From the human T2T-CHM13v2.0 reference genome, Homo sapiens, in the NCBI RefSeq assembly GCF_009914755.1, contig NC_060927.1: a stretch of 64,000 nt of DNA, one strand, 5' to 3'. The translations under genes and the position numbers were made by a program. The notes below the pieces were generated by a model. It saw only the letters and a program-made list of their open reading frames with translations, was not told the origin of the DNA and did not search any database. Below are positions 12,746 through 25,321 of this stretch, piece after piece (position 1 is the first letter of the stretch; every line of letters begins with the position of its first letter).

Positions 12746-15700
12746 CCATGGCTGGCTAGGTAAGAGTCCACTAAATAAAGTAGATATGTGTTTTCTTCTG
12801 CTGGTAGACAAAGCTTTGCATCATTTTTCTAAAGGAAGGGCAGATGGGCCCAAAGTGCTTGGTGAAACATAAAGAAAACACAGCTCAGTTGTCTCTGGCC
12901 ATTACCAGATTTAACACTGAGATTTGAATGCTGTAGAGTGAAGTTCCATGTCATTTTGCTGAGATGCAAATTTGACCCACGGGCACTAAGGTACCAGCCA
13001 AGAGGGATGCAAGTGCTTTGCTGATTGCCAGTTATCATCATTGCATTACATACATTAGATTAACTCCCTCCCGTGAAGTGGAAGAAAAGTGACTGACCCC
13101 CCTGCCCGCCCCCTCCCCACCAAGAAAGCCAGCCAGCACTGGTGATGGAAATCTTAAAGAAAAAGAGAATAGACATCTTATAAGAAAGAGTAGAACTTGG
13201 CTGTATTACTCAATTTAAAAATTCAGTAAAGTCTTGGGCCATGCCCACAGTAGATGTCATTGACTGATTGCATTTCGGAAGTGAGGGATAATTGTCTATG
13301 TCAGTGTTTGCCCCACATGTTCTCCCCTCTCCAGCCTGCTAGAATGTGGCCTCCCCTCTCCGGGCCTCCAACATGCTCCTGCTCTTAAATCCAGAGTCCT
13401 CCTGGTGCAGGGTTAGAGACTAGAAATTTCCAAGCTTCCTCCTTTGAGGTGCTGCACACCACAGCTGGTAGCCAGGCTAGGGTCTCATTTCCATCTTCTT
13501 CCCTCACTGATTCAGTCACTCATGGGCTTGTGCTTTGTGTCCAGCCCTTGCCTGGGAATAGTTCCTGCCCTTACAAAGCCCACACTGCAGTGCAGTAAGC
13601 TGTGTATCTTATCTTCCTTTTTGCAAACCCTCTTCTCTCAGACCCCAAACACATGGTGTGGGGCCTTCTGCGTATGCATCTAGAGGCTTCAGTGTGTCGG
13701 CATGGAGGTGCTAACATTCCCAACAAACATGAGGGCTGGGGCCATGCCAAGCCTCTGTGACTCTGCAGCTCAGTGAATTCTGAGTGATAGAGGGGCTGGC
13801 CCTCTCCATAGGCTGTCTTGGGCCCAGGGCCCAGACCTCCAGCCATGCTTCCAGAGGCCCTGTGCCCCCATATTATCCTACCCAGGCAGCCTGCAGGGAA
13901 GGGGATTTGTTCCCTATGCCTGTCACTCTGCACTGTGTGGAGGGCAATAGGGCTTTTGTGAGTTCCCAAGTGAACCCACTGGCCCATTGTCTGGCCCAAC
14001 TCTCCACAGAGCTCCACCAGCGTGGTGAGGACAGGGGCAGGGCTGGGAAAGGCCTGATATATTCCTGGCCAGAGCTGCAAACACTGTTCATCCCAGAAGC
14101 ACCCTGTTAAGCAGCAACAACAGCACAAAGAGGGAGGAGAAAGGAGAGAGTGGGAAACAAGGAGGGAGAAGGCGTGAGGAGGGAGAAGGAAAGAGAGGTG
14201 AGGAGGGGGAGGAGGAGGAAGGTGAGGGCAATGAGGAAGGGCACCTACAGCATGGAAGAGGAGCTTCTTGTCAGAGTCCTTCAGGTCCTGCACATGGATT
14301 CTGCAGAGCCACATTTCTCCTGGAGAGACTGTAGGATGCTCAGTGGAATTCATAAGGGAACAGATAGAGAGATGAAGTGAGCCTGATGGTGCCATGGGGC
14401 TCCTCAGACAGTTGTTGTGGTCCTGGAATCCATCAACAGAGGTAGGATGTGCCCACCAAGAAGGTGATAACCCACTTTTTCGCTGGGCTGATCAGACCCC
14501 GTGGAGCATATAGAGCTCAGCAATGGGTGCTGGCCCATCAGAGAACAGTACACACAAGGTGGGGGCGGGGGGCGGGCTGGAAGAAAAGCTGATGGACCCA
14601 AGAGTGTGGTGGCTAGGAAACAGAATGCTCAGGAGGTCCTGGCCTCTCATAATCTGAAGGGATGCCATGGAGAAAGGGGAGTAGTTGATTCTGTGGGGGG
14701 CCTTTCAGGAACACAACAAGGACCAAGGAAAGGGAATCCCAAGGAGCCAGCCTTCTGAAAGTTGGAACCAGCTAACAAGAAAATGTCTCTCTGGGAAAGT
14801 AGTAAGTGCCTCATCTTTGGAGGTGAGCAAGTGGAGACTGCGTGACCACCTGGGTAGGGTGCTGTGGCCAAGGCTCAAGCTTGGGGTGGAGGAGCACACC
14901 ATGCCTCCGAAGCTTTTCAAGCCTTGAGAGGTTCTGAAATGCGAGCCAGGCCCAGACTTAGGGCCCATCTTCCACTGCATTTGGATAGCAGGCAGTGCTA
15001 TGAATGAGCAGATGAAATCTGGATCCCATCATGTCCAAGCTGAAAGACACAGAACAAACCTCCAGATCCTGAAGCTACTCACCTTGGTCTTTTCTCAGTT
15101 CAGAAGGAAGAGAACCACTGGTGTCATTTTTCCTGAAGTCTGCTCTTTTGGCCTCAGGAAAAGGATAGGGAGTCTTGAGGCCACAGCCCCTCAAGAAAAC
15201 CTTCACCCCTACCTCCACAGGGAGAATTCAAAGCCAAGTGGACAAATGACTCTTTCCTTGAGCTTCCAGCATTACAAGAGGAAGAGGTGACTTCCAGATT
15301 GCCCCCAACTGCCCAGTGTTAGGAGACCAGGATCAGCACTTCAATTTCCACTCAGGTACAAGCCTCAGACTTCAGTCCAAAAGGACCCAGAGTGATCAGC
15401 CAACCCCAGGAAGATCGAGCAGAGAGAGGTCCAGCCCCACACAGTGTGGTTGGCTGCCTCCTAGTCCATTCCCTCCAACAAACTAATATGTAGGGCCTCT
15501 CTTCAGTCTCAGTTTAGCTGCTAAGGGAATGATTCCATAAAATGTTTGCAGTGTAGCTAAGAGTGCCATCCTTAGGCCTGGGGCATCTGGGTTGTGATGT
15601 GGAAGTTATCTAGTCCCTAAGGCTGCAAGTAGCTTTTTGAGTGTGACTGCTCTGGCCCTGGGAGGTTTGAGGCCCAGGACCCCTCCTTGCCCTCCCTTCC

Positions 15701-18700
15701 TCCTACAGTGGGTAGACCAAATGCTCACAGCAGAGTAGGAGGGCAGGAGGGACTCTAAGGTCATCATGCCTGTTTGCCCCCCACTGTGGAAAACCAGGAC
15801 ACCTCGAAGGCCAGCATGGGAGCTCTACCTGGATCGTCAAATTCCTCCAAAGACATTTATGCACAGAGGCATTCACTGCAAGAGCTCTGTGAGGCTGGTG
15901 AGGAGGATATTTATGGCATTGTGAATATTTGGGATCTCAGGACATGCTGGATGCCAGGAGCCAGTCAATGCTATTGATTGGGAAACACAAATAGAAGTTT
16001 TACCAGAGTACTCTCCAGATATCTTGGTGATAACAGAGGACATAGCAGCATGAGTGACAGGCAGGGCTGGACATGCATTCCCTGACAAGAAGGGGTAGAA
16101 TGGCAAAAGGTTCATTCCTGCAGTTGGGAGCATCTGTGGAGTCAGAGGGGTAGCACTGGAGGGGCCTTGGGCATCTTCCCATTGACCCCTGGCAACTGCA
16201 TAGCTAGAGGAGGTCAGAACTATGATCTCACAGACAAGAGTGTGCCGTACTCTCATTAGGCTTCTCTCATGGGTCGGCCCTTGGTGGTCCATTGATTCCA
16301 GCACCACCCTCCCCTTGACCTCCTGTGCAGTTGACAGTGGTCATGTGGTACAACAGGACAGGGTGAGAACTGGGACAGAAAAGCTATTGTAAGCACTTCA
16401 CAATCAATCCTGTGGAACAGGGAGAGATGGATAAAAAGTGGAGTGATTGAGACCTGCACTGAATGGTGAGACTATGCAGAGTTCAGGAATGGGACAGACT
16501 CAGTGGCTTAAGTTATCGGGGAGGCCACCTGGAGGAAAAGGGACCAGACTTCCACCTTGCATCCTGCAGCCTTTGAACTCCTGGGCCTGAATCATGCAGC
16601 AGGAAAGGCTCATTGGCCATCAGTGGATGCAGTGGACAGGGCATCTCTGAGTGCAAGGTACTCTGCAAGGTGTGGCAGCCCATGGGTGAGAGTGAAGATC
16701 CTGGCACTATTCTCTCAGAGCCTGCAGGGAAATGGAGCAGGAAACCACAGAAAAGGCAGCACAGAATGCAAGCCATGAAAAGTTGGGCTAGGGCTGTTTG
16801 TGCAAGGTGGGCTACATCTTCCGGGGAGGAGGAGGGCCAAGGCTGGGCAGTTAGGCAAACTTCCCAGAGGGGCCGAGAGGGATGATGGTGAGGTTTTAGA
16901 GGGCTGGAGGGATTTGGTGGGGTGGAGTCAGGGTATGATGCGGTCAGCTTCAGTCAGGGAAGACTCCTGGGTAGGAGTCTGGGGGCTGCAGTAGGCCAGC
17001 CTGGCTCTCTGAAGAGGGGTGGCTGAGGTCTTGAACTGGAGAGGTGGCAGTGAAGTAGGCCATGAAGACTGTATGTGAGGGGAGTGGTACCCATGGGGCA
17101 GCAGCCGCTGCATGGCAACACTAAGAATGGCGAATACTTGGAAGAGGATGGCAGCAGCTGGTGTCAGCCTCCTGGAGGGTAGCTGCATGGTGATGCAGCC
17201 TTTGGAGCCTCAGCAGCACCAGTCTGGTCTGGGATGTGTCCAGGAGAACTTGAGAGCCTTCTGGGCCTGCCCCCACTCTTTCCTTCCCTGACTGGTTGCC
17301 CCTCACTGGCACGTCCCCAAGCCCCCCACAGCCATCCCACCCAGGGATCCTGGCTCTCCGGAGCTGCTGCCAGTGCATGCAGGGGTCCTAAGGGCACAGC
17401 TCAGTGCCTGTGCCATCTGAGAATTACTGTGCCACAGATCAATCAGGACTGAGGGCCCAGGAGGGCCTGGCAGGGAGAGGCAGATGGCAGCGTATTCCTT
17501 CTGATTAACGAGCCTGGGCCACCATCCATCGCCGGCCTTCATTAGGGCTGCAGAGAGTCATTTTGCATGGGCGTGCAGGCTCTCCTCCCCGCTCTTCTCC
17601 AGGGTGATTGATGCCCCCTGGGTGCTTGCATCCCCATGAAGTGAGAGGCCTTCTCTCATCTTGCCCACAAAGAGCAGGAGGCAGCAGGTTTATTATGCAT
17701 GGTTCTTACTCATGTGCCATTGGCGCAAACTCATTGGTCTGTCAGAGTGGCTGGGGCAAACAGATTTAATCTCCCTTAGAATTCATGGTGCTGGAAGACT
17801 GGAACATGCCAGGCTCCTAAATTTTCATAGGTCTTTGACTCTCACCACAAAAATGCAAATAGGTGTAGCACTGAGTAGCAGTGGGCTTCTGGCCAGGCCT
17901 GCACCATCAGCATGCTGGGACATTGATTTAAAGGCTGTTTCTGGACCCCGGCATGCCTGTGTGGTTCTTTCCTTTCCTGGCCTCTGCCTCTCTCTCTCTC
18001 TTTGCTGCTGGATTGGCAGAAGGGTATGCTCTGTGTCAGGAAGGAATCTGAGTCAGGAGAAGGTGAGCCTTGGATAGAAGCCTGCCTACAGGTCTGATTA
18101 AATGCCCCCTGAGGCCTGATGGCCTGGGAGTGGGTGGGGCTGCCCAGCACCATGCCTGGGCCAGAGGGCAGCCTCTGAGGCCTGCCTTTCTGTGCCCACT
18201 GACATGGTCTGGCCAGTTTGGCTCCTGCCTACAGATGTTTGATGCTGGAGAGGTCTTGGGGTCCCCAGCCATGGTGGTAAGACCCAGTTTTCTTCTTGGT
18301 TATCTGGCTATGGCATATTTGCAGACATAGGAAAGGGCACATGTGGGCATGAAAGGGTATCTGGCCATCTTTTAGGATTTGGGGGAATCTGATATTTCCC
18401 GGTATCAGAATGGAAAAAGGAGCTGAGATAGAAGGAAAATAAGGCAAAGGACTGTGGCTATTTGGGACTTTGGTATCCCAAATGAAAGGCTTTTTGGTTT
18501 TCCATTTTCCTTGTTCCTGTGTTTGTCTCACTGGCTCAGGACTTCATCTTTATTGGAGAGCAGCGTCAGTCCTTGCATCCATAGTCGCCCCCGTCCATCA
18601 GTGAACCATATGGAAATGGAAGTTGTGCTAAGAGTGGGGAGGCCAAAGCGAGGGAGGCCCAGAACACCTTCAGTGGTGGGGAGCACACAGAGGTAGTGGA

Positions 18701-19769
18701 GGCTGCAGGGGCATGGGAGGGGTGAGGGGGGAGCTCAGAGTCCTGGGTGCCAGCCTTTCATGAGAACAGTCTCCTGAGAGCAGGCCCAGCGCTGAACTTT
18801 CATCTAACATCAGGCAAGAATACCATCAAAATCATTTTACTGTAAAGAGAAAACCTGCCAGGTCCGACACATCAGGGAGATGAGCAGCATGTTATCTGGG
18901 AGGTTGCTGCTGCTCCTGTTCTGAAGCACCATCCCTGACTTTGGGAAAACTCAGAGGGATAATACAGCGGCTTTCTCACCCCCTTCCCAAGTGCTGTGGA
19001 TGCGAGGAAAGACTATTGTCTTAAGTTTTTGATTGCTTCCCAAGAGGAAACACTCTATGGCCGGGGCCCCTAACCCCCAAGCCATCAACCAGTACCAGGG
19101 CTGGAGAGCCCACTTCCATCAAGGGGTCGAGGACAGGGTGCGAGGAGGGCAATGCTGGGAGCACTGGGTTTGGAATGTGGCCCTGTTCATCCAGAGCAGA
19201 GTCAGTGGCTAGAGCCCCTTCAACACCAGTCTCCTGTGCTCTGCATGTGTGCCAGGCATGGAGAGAAAGGCTCTTCAAAAACGCCCAGTGCAGTTCCATG
19301 TCTCAGTGTATATTGGTGGCGGTCGGTGGTGCTGTAACTATTTGGGCTCCTTGGTGACCTACATTGCTTTAGACCCAGTTGGGGCCACACAGGATGGCCT
19401 CTAGCTAGAGAGAAGCGCATCCCAGATGCCCTCATGCATGGTGTATGTGGGGAGGTGGAGGCTGTACCGAGAGCCCACATCTGTGGTTGTGCAGGAGTTG
19501 GCTGTGGAGAATGTGACTGGATGGCTAAGTTGGGTTTCTCAATGAACTGAAGCTGAAGGCTGGGTTTGGAGCCAGGCTTTCAGGGCCCAGTGGAACCAAG
19601 GTCCACCCTTCAAAGTGAACAGTAGGATTGGAGACTCAGTGGCCAGCCCAGTCTCAAAGGATGTAGGTAAGAGACTTGGGTTTGTGAGAGGTTCTACTCC
19701 CCACATCAGGACAAAACGTGGAAACATAACAATGACTGCTCTTTGCAGACCAACTACCACTTGTCAGAG

Positions 19770-19975
19770 GCTGCAATAGGTGCTTGGTAAATAATATTTT
19801 ACTGACTTCCCACAAATGCCTTGTGAAGTGAACATTATTACCCTCATTTAGTGGATGGCTGAACATGAGCCTTAGACGTCTGAGTAATTTGCTGAAGGTC
19901 TCACAACCAGACAGCAATAAAGCTGAAACTCACACCCAAGGCTATCAGATCCAAGTCCAGTGTGTTCAGGACTTG
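19770..19975 (-). mobile_element. MIR SINE
   Basis: ATTATTACCCTCATTT...GAGTAATTTGCTGAAGGTCTCACAACC...GCTGAAACTCACACCCAAG. Confidence 0.6.
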
Positions 19976-20957
19976 GCCACACTGGCATGTAGCTGCCTCC
20001 TTGTGTGGGGGACTACAGGACTCTGGGGGGAGGGTTGTTGGAGACATGGGGGCTGCCTTCCATGGGCTACTAATTTAAGCCCTGAGCATCATCAGGGGTC
20101 TGGCAGAAACAGATGGCACAGTAGAAAGAGGTGATTGAGGGGAGATTAATGAAGTTCTGTTTACAAAGGTTCACAGAGTTAAAGACAGGCAACAAGAATG
20201 ACAAAGCACTCAGGGACTAGCAGCAGCAGGGGGCTTTTACCACCCTTAGGTTTGAAGGACATGGGGAGGGAGCCATCTTCCCAGAACTAGGCAAGGGCTG
20301 CAGCTATAGGAGGGGCCACCAGCCTCTCCCTGTCAGCAGGCAGGAGCATCTCACTCCCCATGTCCTATAGGCTCCTGCTGGTGAAGGGGCCCAGTGGATG
20401 CCTCTCTCTGCCCAGGACAGGGAAGAGAAGGGTAGAGAGTGGACCTTGAGGAGCAAATAGAAACCATGACTCACCTGCTAGAATGGGTATCTTTGGAGGA
20501 AGCACCTGGCCTTCCTTGTGTCTGTGTCCCCCAAGCTCCCAGCACAGGCCCTAGTATTTGCTGGAGGAAATCCAACAGCCCCATTTCCCAGTGTCCTAAC
20601 CCTCTTGTAATTGGTTGAATTCTGTCCCTCACAAAAAAGATATGTTGAGGTCCTGACCCTCAGTACCTCACAATGCAGCCTTATTTGGAAACAGGGTTAA
20701 TGCAGATGTAAACAGTTAAGAAGAAGTCATACTAGAGTATGACGGACCCCTCATCCAATATGACTGGCATCCTTATAAAATAGTCATGCCACATAAAGGC
20801 AGAGACAGACAGGGAGAGCAGCATGTGACGAGGTAGGCAGATTGGAGTTGGCAGCTGCAAGCCAAGAACACCAGAGATCCCAGGCAAACCACCAGAAGCA
20901 AGAAATGCCCAGGAAAGATCCTCCCCGACAGGTTCAGAGGAAGTATGGCCCTGATAC

Positions 20958-22373
20958 TGTGTCTGGAATTGGTGGGTTCTTGGTCTCACTGACTTCAAGA
21001 ATGAAGCCACGGACCCTTGTGGTGAGTGTTACAGTTCTTGAAGGCGGCGTGTCTGGAGTTTGTTCCTTCTGATGTTCAGATGTGTTCAGAGTTTCTTACT
21101 TCTGGTGGGTTCGTGGTCTCGCTGGCTCAGGAGTGAAGCTGCAGACCTTCGCAGTGAGGGTTACAACTCTTAAGGCGGCGCGTCCGGAGTTGTTCTTTAC
21201 TCCTGGTGGGTTCGTGGTCTCAATGGCTTCATGAGTGAAGCTGCAGACCTTCGCGGTGAGTGTTACATCTCATAAAGGCGTTGTGGACCCAAAGAGTGAG
21301 CAGCAGCAAGATTTATTGCAAAGAGCGAAAGAGCAAAGCTTCCACAGGGTGGGAGGGGACCCGAATGGGTTGCCACTGCTGGCTGGGGCAGCCTACTTTT
21401 ATTCTCTTATCTGGCCCCACCCACATCCTGCTGACTGGTCCATTTTACCGAGAGCAGATTGGTCTGTTTTACAGAGAGCTGATTGGTCCGTTTTGACAGG
21501 GTGCTGATTGGTGCGTTTACAATCCCTGAGCTAGACACAAACGTTCTCCAAGTCCCCACTAGATTAGCTAGATACAGAGTGCTGATTGGTGTATTTACAA
21601 ACCCTGAGCCAGACACAGGGTGCTGATTGGTGTGTTTACAAACCTTGAGCTAGATACAGAGTGCTGATTGGTGTATTTACAATCCCTTAGCTAGACATAA
21701 AGGTTCTCCAAGTCCCCACTAGACTCAGGAGCCCAGCTGGCTTCACCCAGTGGATCCCACACGAGGGCCACAGGTGGAGCTGCCTGCCAGTCCCGCGCTG
21801 TGTGCCTGCACTCCTCAGCCCTTGGGCGGTCGATGGGACCGGACACCGTGGAGCAGGGGGCGGTGCTCATCCGGGAGGCTCAGGCCATGCAGGAGCCCAT
21901 GGCAGGGTGGGGTGGGGAGGCTTAGGCATGGCGGGCTGCAGGTCCCGAGCCTTGCCCCGTGCAGAGGCAGCTAAGGCCTGGCGAGAATCGAGTGCAGCTC
22001 CAGTGGGCTGGCACTTCTGGGGGACCTGGCACACCCTCCGCAGCTGCTGGCCCGGGTGCTAAGCCCCTCACTGCCCGGGGCTGGCGCGGCCAACCGGCAG
22101 CTCTGAGTGTGGGGCCCGCTGAGCCCACGCCCACCCGGAACTGGCGCTGGCCCACAAGAGCTGCACACAGCCCCTGTTCCCACCCGTGCCTCTCCCTCCA
22201 CACCTCCCGGCAAAGGGATCCGGCTCCGGCCTCGGCCAGCCCAGAGAAGGGCTCCCAAGGTGCAGCGGCAGGCTGAAGGGCTCCTCAAGCGCGGCCAGAA
22301 TGGGTGCTGAGGCCGAGGAGGTACCAAGAGCGAGCAAGGGCTGCGAGGGCTGCCAGCACACTGTCACCTCTCA
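20958..22373 (-). mobile_element. LTR12 (LTR12C-like, ERV9) solo LTR, 1416 bp, 4-bp TSD ATAC
   Basis: Minus strand begins TGAGAGGTGACAGTGTGCTGGCAGCCCTC and ends CCAATTCCAGACACA. It has tandem CCAAT/GATA repeats and U5 repeats (GAAGGTCTGCAGCTTCACTC). ATAC flanks both sides (20954-20957 and 22374-22377). Confidence 0.95.
21398..21672 (-). promoter_or_regulatory. LTR12 promoter/enhancer: six CCAAT boxes, GATA motifs and an AATAAA TATA-equivalent, facing antisense to EPHB1
   Basis: GATTGG at about 21457, 21481, 21506, 21584, 21625 and 21666; TTTATT at 21398-21403. This is the established ERV9 LTR architecture (NF-Y/GATA). Confidence 0.7.
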
Positions 22374-23559
22374 ATACCATCTTGATTTGAGATTTTTAAC
22401 CTTCTGAACACCTCTGTTGTTTTAAGCCACTGAGGTTGTGGTGCTGTTACAGCAGTCCTAAGAAACTAATACAGCTTCTAAAGTAAGTTCCATATTTTAT
22501 TAGTGAAAAGCACTCACATAGTACAAGCATACACACTACTAAGCCACTGTAAGACCATGCCAGACCTGAGGATTCCAGAGACAGAAAGTCCATCGTAGGT
22601 CTAGAGGTCCCCTATAGTTTCTTGTCATGTTTCTCAGATACCACCCTAAGAACTAAGAGCCAGAAGAAACCCTCTGAACCATAGAGGAGAACGACCATCA
22701 AAAGCCATGTACCAAGGGCCAAGCTGGGCTGGGCAGGTAGGGTAGCCCTTCTGAAGCTGATTCCCAGCCTTACACAGCTCCGTACATTGAAAAGACCTTC
22801 CCATGTCCCCATGCTCTGGTCTGCTTCTCTGGAAGTCTACCTTGGAAGAGCCCTGGAGGGAGAGAAATGGCTCTGGGCCTTCCCACTTTTTCATGGGCTA
22901 TGCCACGTGTGAACCAAGACCTAATCTAGGGCCTGTCCCAACTCCTTCAGACATCTTTCTATGCTGTGACCCATCTAAGCTGCGTCTTCTTTCTAGTTAC
23001 CGTAATTAATTGCACCTTGGAACACAAAAGAAACAGAAGGAGGAGGATGTAGTGGGGAGGACTGTGCTGATCTGTATGTCCTTTAAAAGAGCAAATTTCA
23101 CAGTTTGTTTTATAATTTAAATGCCTGTTCAGACTCATTCAATCAGTCAGTCATTCAGCAGATGGGTTGGGTTGGCACTTTCAGTTTCCTCAGGCTTGTT
23201 TCTTCTCTTCCTCACTGGCCATGACCACACATCAACCAGTGGAGACTTACACAATAAGAGCTTCCATTTGCCTAGCATTTTATACTGGCAAAGACAATAA
23301 ATAAATGTGAGTCAAATGAGTGTTCTTAAGAAAACACAGAGCATCTTTATGGGCATGTCTCTGTTGACTCAGGGCAGGAAGCAAGAGGGAAAGCCTCTAC
23401 CTCTGTTGTACATTAGTGTTTTGGCATTCAGCCTGAGTTGATTTGCTCATCAGTTGTGGAGCTGGGGTTTGAACCCAGATCTTCAGGGTTTATTGAACAT
23501 TTATATTGTATGAGGGCATCTGACCAAGCTCTGTGGGACAGAAGTCACAGCTCTGTGCT

Positions 23560-23915
23560 CTGAAGTTACTTCGAATAAACTCAGATATATAAAGTGATAA
23601 CGAAAACCAACCATTCAAACAGTACGAGTTCTGTAGAGGAAGGAAGACCTCCATGAGTAGGACTAGGTCGAGTCTTTCAGGTGTGTAGAGGGGAGGAGGA
23701 AGACAGTCCAGGCAAGAGGAACAGCATGAGCAGAAATGGGGTGCTGGAAGAAGGGCTTCATTTAGGGAACTGAAGATCAATTTGGAAGAGGTGGGTTTAG
23801 ATCAGAAAGCTCTTAAAGGCCAGGCATTTGTGGCATATCTTGGAGTTAGTGGAGAGACTTTGAAAATCATAAAGTAGAGGAATGAGAAGTGATGAAAGAG
23901 TAATTTTCTGAAAAT
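23560..23915 (-). mobile_element. L2 LINE fragment
   Basis: GGAAGACCTCCATGAGTAGG...CCAGGCAAGAGGAACAGCATGAGCAGA...GGAGAGACTTTGAAA. Confidence 0.55.
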
Positions 23916-23989
23916 TAGTTACATTTTTATTTCTGAATTTGTGTCATGTAAAGCAGCATAGTAATAATTAGGAAGCCCATCTGTAAACC

Positions 23990-24415
23990 AACATCCCCTA
24001 CCCAGCAGCTGTTCCATCTTGCTTCCTAGTTTTTGTAGGTAGTTGCTGTTTCACTCAGTTGAAACACTGTCTCCTGAGTTGCATCTGTTGGCTCACACAG
24101 TTCTGCTTCCTGCTTTCTCTTTCACTGCTCACATTCTGCTCACTGCTACATTGTCTTCATAACACTCCAGGAGTGTGAATGTGCTATCCTGCACCTCTTC
24201 TGGGCTGGTTCCAGTTTTTCTCATAGTTCAGATAATGATGCAATGAATACCTTCATGATATAGGGCTTTTTGTTTACTTCTGAAATTATTTTCTTTGGAC
24301 AAATTCTTCGGAGTGAAGTTATTAGGTGGTCAGAGGGCCTGAGACTCTATAAGCCTTTCTTTAGTGTGGCCATATTACTCTTTAAAAAGCTGAACTATTT
24401 ACATTATCAGACAAT
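23990..24415 (-). mobile_element. Old L1M fragment
   Basis: GGTTCCAGTTTTTCTCATA...ATGATGCAATGAATACCTTCATG...ATTTTCTTTGGACAAATTCTTCGGAGTGAAGTTATTAGGT, an antisense L1 ORF2 3' pattern. Confidence 0.55.
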
Positions 24416-25290
24416 GAAGTCTCCAGCTGCATGAAGAGCAACCGAGATGAGGCCTCCTGGATGAAACACCAGTTACGAGGTGGTTGCTGTGGTCCTCATG
24501 TGCAGGAATGAAGCCCTGGAGTCAGATAGGGTGCTGATAATGAAAAGGAATACGCATCTGAAAAAGATGCTGTAAAGGAAGAAAGAACCATTGGAATATG
24601 GTTAATGATTGAGTAAAAGACTGAAGTAGAGGAAGGAATCAAAACTAAATGCTGCTGAAGTTTCACAGCTGGGCCCCAGGGAAGTTTGGAAGGGTTTGGT
24701 GTGAAGAAGAAGAGAATTGCTGGAGGGAGAAGATTTAGATGGGGGAGACACATGGGAGATGGGTTGTGGAAAGTTTGCTTGGAACATGTTCTCTTTGAAC
24801 TTCTGTGGCTGTGCTGGGCCCAGGCACTGGTCATGATAGAACACAGGCTGGTGCCCTTAACAGTTTACAGTCAACCAATCCCATTCCAAAATCCAAAGCC
24901 AGCAGGCAACCTGAGGCCAATTCAGACGGGTAGGGATGAGATTACAGGGAGACCAGCCTGTACAGGCAGCAGGAGGTCCGGACATGGTGTGAAGTTGGCG
25001 CTTAAACACCTTTAGTGCTGGGCTCCTGTTGCAAGGGCTGAGGGTCAAGGGCAGTAGACACCCTGAGGAGCCATGTGGGCATCATACAGGAGTTCCATGC
25101 CAATAGGGCTGGCCTGCCCAGCCAGCAGAGCATGTGCAGATCAGGTTCGGAGGACAGCTCAGAGACCCCTAGGGAAGGCAGACGACCCAGCCACGCACAC
25201 CCTTGGCACCTAATGCAGTCTGGATTTGGGACTGGGGGGTATTATTTAATATATCCCACTCTTGCCAGTATGGACTGTCTTAGGGCAGGG

Positions 25291-25318
<28 letters not shown>
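25291..25318. repeat. (GT)14 microsatellite
   Basis: Direct reading. Confidence 0.95.

Positions 25319-25321
<3 letters not shown>

Larger units (their letters stand above)
20606..22473 (+). mobile_element. MLT1 (MLT1B/C-like) MaLR solo LTR split by the LTR12 insertion (pieces 20606-20957 and 22378-22473)
   Basis: Starts TGTAATTGGTTGAATTCTGTCCC...GCCTTATTTGGAAACAGGG and ends TGTTGTTTTAAGCCAC...TTACAGCAGTCCTAAGAAACTAATACA. The halves join seamlessly (GGCCCTGATAC|CATCTTGATTT). Confidence 0.85.

Noticed and set aside
13571-14395. 274-aa minus-strand ORF
   Set aside because: Kept open by a GA-rich low-complexity tract (14128-14240); no recognisable domain.
21430-21720. Regularly spaced GCTGATTGGT repeats resembling a CRISPR-like array
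   Set aside because: These are the normal U3 tandem subrepeats of ERV9/LTR12; the DNA is human and the spacers are not unique.
21235-22407. Cluster of overlapping GC-rich ORFs and a CpG-island-like stretch
   Set aside because: All lie inside the LTR12 element; not a host gene promoter or exon.
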